Assembly (NCBI GenBank): GCA_951406725.2
Contig: OX597818.1
Coordinates: 32,550,001 to 32,614,000, forward strand
Reading direction: 5' to 3'
Length of the DNA stretch: 64,000 nt
Source of the DNA: Octopus vulgaris
Taxonomy: Eukaryota
The translations under genes were made by a program, and so were the position numbers. Below are positions 57,010 through 64,000 of the stretch, in pieces (position 1 is the first letter of the stretch; each line of letters starts with the position of its first letter). The notes under the pieces were generated by a model. The model did not search any database, was not told the DNA's origin, and saw nothing but the letters and a program-made list of their open reading frames with translations.

Positions 57010-57225
57010 AAAGTTAATCCAAACATGAAAACACAAAGAGAAAACACAACAACGCGAGGACGTGGAACAAATATAGTGTTATTGAACGCTCAGGAAGGAA
57101 GGGAAGAAGGAGGGTTTTACGTTTCGAGCGGAGCTCTTCGTCAGAAATACAGGAAAAGGAAAGATCCAGAGAAGGGAAGACGGAGGAAAAAAATCGCCAA
57201 CGGTACACACGCGGTCACATTTTGA
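57010..57225 (-). mobile_element. Penelope-like repeat carrying the HHR, copy 3
   Basis: Reverse complement of the 27.7-kb copy. Confidence 0.6.
57114..57147 (-). ncRNA. Minimal hammerhead ribozyme motif, same family
   Basis: Minus strand reads TTT-CTGACGA-A-GAGCTCCGCTC-GAAAC-GTA-AAA. Confidence 0.7.
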
Positions 57226-58847
57226 ATGACCGGAAGGAAATGGGTGAAGAAAAGTTCTATACATACATATCCTACCGTAGTGATCACAACGAAGGCCATG
57301 CCGAGGCCATTTTATGTCGCCCTTGTGTTTTTCTGTATACGTAGCATACATAGCCTCTTAATTGGCGAAGCATTGAAGTGGTGAAGTGGCCTACTTTGGT
57401 TGTAGTCTTTTGGTCAGTGACTTATTAACATATTCCCAATGAACTCGATATTGGAATGAACCTCGCGAGTTGTATAAAAAGAATTGGTGGTCTGCTGAAT
57501 TGCAATTTACCTAATGTGAATCTAATGTTGCATTCATTTGAAAAATTCAAATCTGATATGAATTAATATAACCCGAGCACCACCAATCGGTTGTAAATTC
57601 TAATTTAGGTCAACAAAAGATTCCTTCAATCTGCTAGAAAGGGAAGATACAGTCTTGAAAACTGGGCTCGGCAAAGGATGTGGTCCGAAACATGATGTCA
57701 GACATAAAGATGTGACATTCACAAGCGAAACATTTTTCGTTATAGGAATGTTCTCTCAAGGCCGAACTAGAGATAAAATGGAACCAATTTGGAATTTATT
57801 TACCTATTGATTTATTTATTCATTACCAAAAACCTTATACTTGATACTCTACTACAAATAATTAACAACAAACATTGCAATCCTAACCTGAATAAATAAT
57901 AGCATTACAGTGCCGCATACAACATAATTGGAGAAACAAACAAAGCAAAAATAAAGCAAAAGAATGATCTGTAATCATAAAACATTCCCAGCTAATTTGA
58001 TAAGGAACAGCAGTTATCACGTGATATATCCCCAATCCGACTTTTGGCCTGAATCTCACTACGAGAAAACTCGCATTTAGCTTCATTACATAGATTCAGT
58101 ATAAACTTCAGCTGAGACTCTTCCTGGTCGAGTTGTGTTATTGACTTACACAAACGGAACAGACACGTACACAACCCTCACCACAAGGCATAAACCTTCT
58201 CCTCTTCTCACTCATTCACTCTCTCTCTCTTTCTCTCACGCTTTCCATCTCTCTTTCTCATGTGCTTCTGTGTACTCTTTACATTCACGTAGATCTAGAT
58301 AGATGCACCTGTGCAGAGATAGATCTTGTGCGGCTATATCGTTTCCAGATAAGATATCGAAGCTTGTGATGCTTGCATTCACTGACTACAAGTCTAACGA
58401 TTTCGCAAAACATTATCTGTCACAGTTCCATCCCCACATCTTCATTTCTTCTATTGCCTCTTTTGAAATAATCCTTCGTTCTAAGTCTACGCTTCTCACA
58501 CACCATATCTCTCTTTCATTCTGCTTTTCTCCTTTTTTTTCTCCCTTTTTTTTTCTTTTTTCCTACTTACTCTACAATAATCAGTAAGTTGATAATCTCC
58601 TCCTGTACGTACATCTAAATACATGTATATATGTGTAAACGTATGTATGTATGTGTGTGTGTGTGTGTGTGCGCGCGCGCGCGCGTGTATCACTATCTGT
58701 CTGTCTGAGTATGTATGTGTGTATGTATGCATGCTTATTTGCGTGTATGCAAATATACCAGATATATATGTGTGTGTGTATGTGAGTGTCTATGTGTGGC
58801 TGTAAGAAAAAAGTTGTCTTTTAAACAAGTGTTTCACTTTACAAATA

Positions 58848-59105
58848 TTGGCTTGGTGCATAATTATTGCGGCTTTTTTTTTTTCAACAAATGTTATTCA
58901 ACAAGAACAATAACAACATTTAACAAAAACAACTCTAAATGAGATTATTCCGGAGCATATTCGCCATCTACTTCAATTCCTGCTTCCCATTTGCTTGGCA
59001 GACGGTGAGGCCGTCATTTAAAGATGTTTTTGTTTGATGTTGTTATTGTTTTTGTTGAATAAAATTTGTTGAAAAAAAAGCCGCAATGATTATGCACCAA
59101 CTCAA
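58848..59105 (-). mobile_element. Mariner-derived MITE with a transposase C-terminal remnant
   Basis: TA followed by the mariner-type TIR TTGGCTTGGTGCATAATTATTGCGGC, with ~90-bp arms. Minus strand 59010-58945 encodes PHRLPSKWEAGIEVDGEYAPE*. Confidence 0.82.
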
Positions 59106-59853
59106 AATGTTTTAACTTACACATATTGTAAGCTATTCAATCTTCAAAGAATAAATACATTCGAATTTCAGTCGTCTTGTAATTATTTCGTGGTCGCTGC
59201 ATAGACAGAAACATGTGTTCTCGTAATGAATTGTGAAATTTAGTGAATTCTTGAGTCTCGAGATTAACTCTCCCTCTCGCAAGGACAAGGGGAGATAATA
59301 CATATTAATTTTTTCCACACTTTCTTTTATCACATCTTTTCCTCCCCAACTTCTACCCCTCTCGTTTCGTCTATTCCTACACTTCCTCCTCTCTGTCCAA
59401 CCTTTTCTTTTCCTCTCCTTCACTCTTTGCCTTTCTCTTTAACCCCCATTACCCGTCCTCCCCCTTTCTTTCTCTCTCTCTCCGGCTCTCCATCCCGCTT
59501 CTAATTTTATCCAATGCCTGATGCAATGCGCGGTCATATATAGTGATACACTTACAAACAATTTAAATAATTAACAATAATTAACTTCAGTTTACTTTCG
59601 TCCTTTTCCTCATCTCTTCTTGATAGGAACCAGCAATATCATTGTTTCAAAATAACCATTGCTTAATTATTGTCTTTGAAATTATATGACGAAAACAAGT
59701 ACATGCATAGTAATATATATAACATACACTTGTGCATAGGAAATAGAGGTGTGACATCTGTAGGGTCGCTCAGCCTACTAAATGTACCTCAAATTACATT
59801 TTTCCTTTGTATAAAGGAAAGGCATTTTGAATAATAGATTCCAAGATATAGAA

Positions 59854-60202
59854 AACAATTGCAACGTGGAAGGTGTTTATAAGCCATTTAAGAATCACAC
59901 AAAACCGTTAGATTCACTTCAACATTTAAATTTAATTTGACAAAATATTTTCGTCGCTTTGAGACCGCGACCTCTTCACTGACAAAACTTCGTACTGAGA
60001 TGCAGTAGGAATTTTTGTCAGTGAAGAGGTCACGGTCTCAAAGCGACAAAAATATTTTGACACATTAAATTTAAATGAAATGAATCTAACGGTTTTGTGT
60101 GTTTCTTAAATGGCTTATAAACACCTTCCACGCTGCAATTGTTTTCGTTCCAGCACACGATCTCAGATCAAGTCACTCGCTATGCAAGTACATCTCCGTA
60201 AA
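59854..60202. mobile_element. Foldback (palindromic) retro-insertion, probably Penelope-like, with hammerhead-like motifs
   Basis: Inverted arms of ~135 bp at 59851-59987 and 60013-60146. Flanked by an 11-bp direct repeat AAGATATAGAA (59843-53, 60203-13). Confidence 0.7.
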
Positions 60203-60302
60203 AAGATATAGAATGTTTCGAAAGAAACGTTCTGGATGGTCATGATTAGAAATCCCTTAATCATACACAGGATCTGCTGAATAATAGATGACATGAGGTT
60301 AA

Positions 60303-60345
<43 letters not shown>

Positions 60346-60951
60346 TATGCTGAATCGTGGTTTATCTGCAGCTAAACAATCATAAACAGATCTATTAAAT
60401 CAACGATAAGCAGCAACATTGACTGAAAGTTTATGAAAGTTTTCCAAAAAGCATACGGAAGAATAAGACACAGTAGAGAGATGAAGAGAGAAAGATGATA
60501 GAAGCAGAGAATAATGGGATGGAATGAGAGAATAAGAGACTGTATACAAATATGTATATGTGCATATATCTTTGTAAATTTGAATGTGCTTAGTAAGAGT
60601 GTTTTCTGGTGAATGATTATAACAGATGCAGAATCTAGTTAAACGTATATAATTCTAGAATATTACCAAAATAATTACTCATTATATCATAAAATATGAG
60701 CTTTATTGATTATCGCAGCTAAATGGACGACAATAGATTTTCTCACAGTATTAAAATTACATATGCACTAGTTTTAAAGTCGTGAGCTATCAAGGAGCCG
60801 TGCGTAAATTAATGGCGTTTAATGGGGACATCTTGTTTGAATTGAGTAGAATGTAGGAAACAGATAAATGTCTATGAATAGAAAGTACAATTGTCCGGGG
60901 AAAGCAGTGGTATACTCTATGTGTGAGTGTGTGCGCGCGTAAACATTTAAT

Positions 60952-61270
60952 TTTTTTATTTATTTATGCGCCCTTTTCAAGCCTAGCCAGCCTAGCCAGG
61001 CTCGGTTTCCCGGTTTCAATGGCGTATGTGTTCTCCCCAGCTGGACGGGAAACCAGTCCATCGCAGCGTTACTCAAGAAACAGGAAGAGAGAGTGAGAGA
61101 AAGTTGGGGCGAAAGAGTACAGCAGATGTCGCCACCTCCCCTGCCGGAGCCTCGTGGAGCTTTAGGTGTTTTCGATCAATAAACACACAACGCCCTGTCT
61201 GGGAATCGAAACCGCGATCCTCCGACCGCGAATCCGCTGCCCTAACCACTGGGCCATTGCGCCTCCACAA
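60952..61270 (-). mobile_element. SINE family C, tail type 2 (V-domain-like gcgatggactgg...cccgtccag)
   Basis: Same head as the 63349 copy but a different 3' half. 12-bp TSD TAAACATTTAAT at 60940-51 and 61271-82. Confidence 0.85.
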
Positions 61271-61730
61271 TAAACATTTAATACGTTCTGCAAATCAGAA
61301 TAATATGGTGGGCTGAGAATGTGAGTTGTAACGTCGCAAGTTTAAGCAGCTGAAGATAACATTGAGCCACGGTTTAACGCGACCACCTGGTTCTTGGGTG
61401 CATACGGCGGAGTTCCCTCTGCTAGAATTATTTATATCATGTCTCCCGTTTCATGATATCGCTTATAATTTTTTTATTTTGTGCTACTTGATGTTGCATA
61501 CGTACTTACTTACATACACACAAACACACGCATAGCTACACGTACACATGCATACTTGAGTGCATCACTTATATACGTTCAAGCGAAGGTAATATCATGA
61601 GATCAAAACGAAGAATTTCTAAACAGCTACTCTGATCGTACAGCTGTTCAATGTGAATCAAAGATGGCCTGACTTGACCTACCTAAACAGGGATTTGAAA
61701 AAAAATACTCACCATACCATTAGAAAGTTA

Positions 61731-62265
61731 CGAGGGGCTGCTGAAAGGCCTGGTTGGAGGCCCAAACTTCCGAGTTCTTTTACGGGACTTAGAAAAGATG
61801 AAGGACCGCTGCAATATGCGTGTGAATTTGAGAGGGGAAATCTCTATACATATAAACGGCAAAATGTCTATCTGTGTGTGTGTGTGTGTGTGTGTGTATC
61901 CTTTATACAAATCCACAAATTTTCAGTTAGAGGGCTCGCACTTTCTATGGTCATTCAAAACCGTCCAAGGGTGGTCGTGCATATCTTTACATTTCCCCAG
62001 TCACCCCGCAAAGCCGTTAAAAAATCAATAGAAGTGACTTTTTTGTGAATTTTCTATCCAAAACCCAATTAAAATGCCCGGAAATTGATACGCCAATTGA
62101 ATGCCAGCAAGCTGTACGTGATTGGTCGGAAATTTGAACAGTACTCGCATGTATGTACGCACGCACGAAGCTGTATATGCTTGCACTAATGTTAAATAAA
62201 ACCATAATTAAGAAATTCTCTTTATTTTCTTTTACCAAAACCAAGAACTTTTCAGCACTCCCTCG
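61731..62265 (+). mobile_element. Mariner-derived MITE interrupted by a Helitron-like insert
   Basis: TA-CGAGGGGCTGCTGAAA and TTTTCAGCACTCCCTCG termini. LEKMKDRCNMRVNLRGE resembles a mariner transposase C-terminus. Confidence 0.75.
61841..62189 (+). mobile_element. Non-autonomous Helitron-like element
   Basis: A|TCTCTATACATATAAACGGC start and CTAA|T end. Same 5' motif as the 22459 element. Confidence 0.65.
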
Positions 62266-62510
62266 GAAGCACGTGTATATATATCCTGCAAGTTAGAGAA
62301 TGCCAAAAATTTTGACCAGAATATTAGCATCATCTAGACCTGCGATAAATATATTACATCTCGTCTAGATGGTTACACCTTTCCTCTGGAATCCCTGGGC
62401 CCTGAATGTCAGTAGGGGTCAAGATGTGCATTAGTAAACGCCGTGGGAAGGTAAATGAAGGCTGTGATCAGGAGGTAGTAGTTGAGAAGGTAGTAGTTGG
62501 GACAGTAGTT

Positions 62511-62930
62511 AAGGCAGCGAGGTGGCCGAAACGTTAGCACGCTGGGCGAAAGGCTTAGCAGTATTTCGTCTGCCGCTACGTTCTGAGTTCAAGTTACGCC
62601 GAGGTCGACTTTGTCTTTCATCCTTACGGGGTCGATTAAATAAGTACCAGTTACGCACAGGGGTCGATATAATCGACTTAATCCGTTTGTCTGTCCTTGT
62701 TTGTCCTCCCCCCTGTGTTTAGCCCCTTGTGGGTAGTAAAGAAATAGGTATTTCGTCAGCCGTTACGTTCTGAGTTCAAATTCCGCCGAGGTCGACTTTG
62801 CCTTTCATCCTTTTGGGGTCGATAAACTAAGTACCAGTTACGCCCTGGGGTCGAGGTAATCGACTTAATTCGTTTGTCTGTCCTTGTTTGTCCTCTCTGT
62901 GTTTAGCCCATTCTGGGAAGCAAAGAAATA
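62511..62930 (+). mobile_element. SINE family B dimer (one head plus two bodies)
   Basis: The body repeats from ggtatttcgtc. Direct repeat aggtagtagttgggacag at 62488-505 and 62930-47. Confidence 0.9.
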
Positions 62931-63101
62931 GGTAGTAGTTGGGACAGGCCGGAAGTTGATTAAGAAGGTTAACTGATCCAAGCTGGCTTCGGTTATTGCT
63001 TGGTAGATTTTAATTATAAAGAATTTTGAATTAATCCATACATGAATTTATTTTAGGTTTTGATGTATTTAATTTCAATGATCTTCCTCTCATCATTGCA
63101 G

Positions 63102-63249
63102 ACAACTCCTGGATTCCGTGTGAACAAAAAAGTAGGAACTTTATACATCGCCAGCGCTCAGGCAGAGGATAGCGGTAGCTATGCCTGTGTCGCAAATACC
63201 ACAGGCCAACCTCTAGTAGTCTCCAGTCGGGCATATCTCACAGTAAAAA
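63102..63249 (+). CDS. PTK7: PTK7-like exon, C-terminal half of ~Ig5: TTPGFRVNKKVGTLYIASAQAEDSGSYACVANTTGQPLVVSSRAYLTVK
   Basis: ttgcag acceptor and gtaagt donor. GTL.I......DSGSY.C.A motif. 148 nt, phase 0 to 1, continuing the previous exon. Confidence 0.92.
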
Positions 63250-63348
63250 GTAAGTAAATGCTCTTTTCTATATTGTCTTTCATAAATTCGCAAGCGCGCT
63301 CTCTGGTACGCAAGCACTCACAAATCCTCTAGTGTACATATGTCTTGT

Positions 63349-63730
63349 GGAGGCGCAATGGCCCAGTGGTTAGGGCAGCGGCCTTGCGGTCATAGGATCG
63401 CGGTTTCGATTCCCAGACCGGTCGTTGTGAGAGTTTATTGAGCGAAAACACCTAAAGCTCCACGAGGCTCCGGCAGGGGATGGTGGTGATCCCTGCTGTA
63501 CTATTTCACCACAACTTTCTCTCACTCTTTCTTCCTGTTTTTGTCGTACCTGTACTTCAAAGGGCCGGCCTTGTCACTTTCTGTGTCACGCTGAATATCC
63601 CCGAGAACTACGTTAAGGGTACACGTGTCTGTGGAGTGCTCAGCCACTTACACGTTAATTTCACGAGCAGGCTGTTCCTTTGATTCGGATCAACCGGAAC
63701 CCTCGTCGTCGTAACCGATGAAGTGCTTCC
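63349..63730 (+). mobile_element. SINE family C, tail type 1 (tRNA-derived head, possibly the octopus OR-type SINE)
   Basis: tRNA-like head TGGCCCAGTGGTTAGGGC...GGTTTCGATTCCC. TSD atatgtctt. Homologue at 23422. Confidence 0.85.
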
Positions 63731-64000
63731 ATATATGTCTTAGTAATGATTTTAGGTTTCATTTTTGTTAGTTTCTAATGAATATTTACTCCACGAGATC
63801 TATTATTATAATTTCAATTCTTATTTATAAACTTCTGTTATGTACATATATATATATATATATGTATATATCTTGGTGTGCGTGTACAAGTAGACACTTC
63901 GTATAGATACATACCTATGCTAGACACTCAAACAAGAAAAGAAAAATCATGGATGTTAATGGGCATTTCATGAATGGCCTAAAAATATTCTTTGTTAGAA

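Noticed and set aside
63349-63425. tRNA gene (also 61195-61266 and the SINE-A/B heads)
   Set aside because: The tRNA-like boxes continue into SINE bodies with TSDs, and there is no intact cloverleaf or terminator.

Overview
This is AT-rich, microsatellite- and retroposon-dense animal genomic DNA. The SINE repertoire looks like Octopus or another coleoid cephalopod, judged from memory rather than a database search. The window lies inside one large + strand gene. Five GT-AG exons (20418-20548, 25787-25916, 41886-42052, 46268-46407, 63102-63249) splice in frame and encode about 2.5 Ig-like domains that align by eye with Ig3-Ig5 of PTK7/off-track. Nearly all ORF-track entries are microsatellite or SINE artefacts. 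The introns hold three tRNA-derived SINE families (called A, B, C here), Tc1/mariner and hAT MITEs, non-autonomous Helitrons, LINE remnants and Penelope-like repeats. Highlights: (1) canonical minimal hammerhead ribozymes (HHRs); (2) a foldback retro-insertion family with hammerhead topology but a G3 core (GUGAAUCA, GUGAUCU, GUGAAGA), suggesting a natural G3:C8 swap; (3) SINE-B multimers with a recurring hairpin junction; (4) a PTK7 Ig domain lacking its first cysteine; (5) opposite SINE strand biases that track cryptic splice acceptors. Repeat boundaries are approximate unless target-site duplications (TSDs) or terminal inverted repeats (TIRs) are cited.
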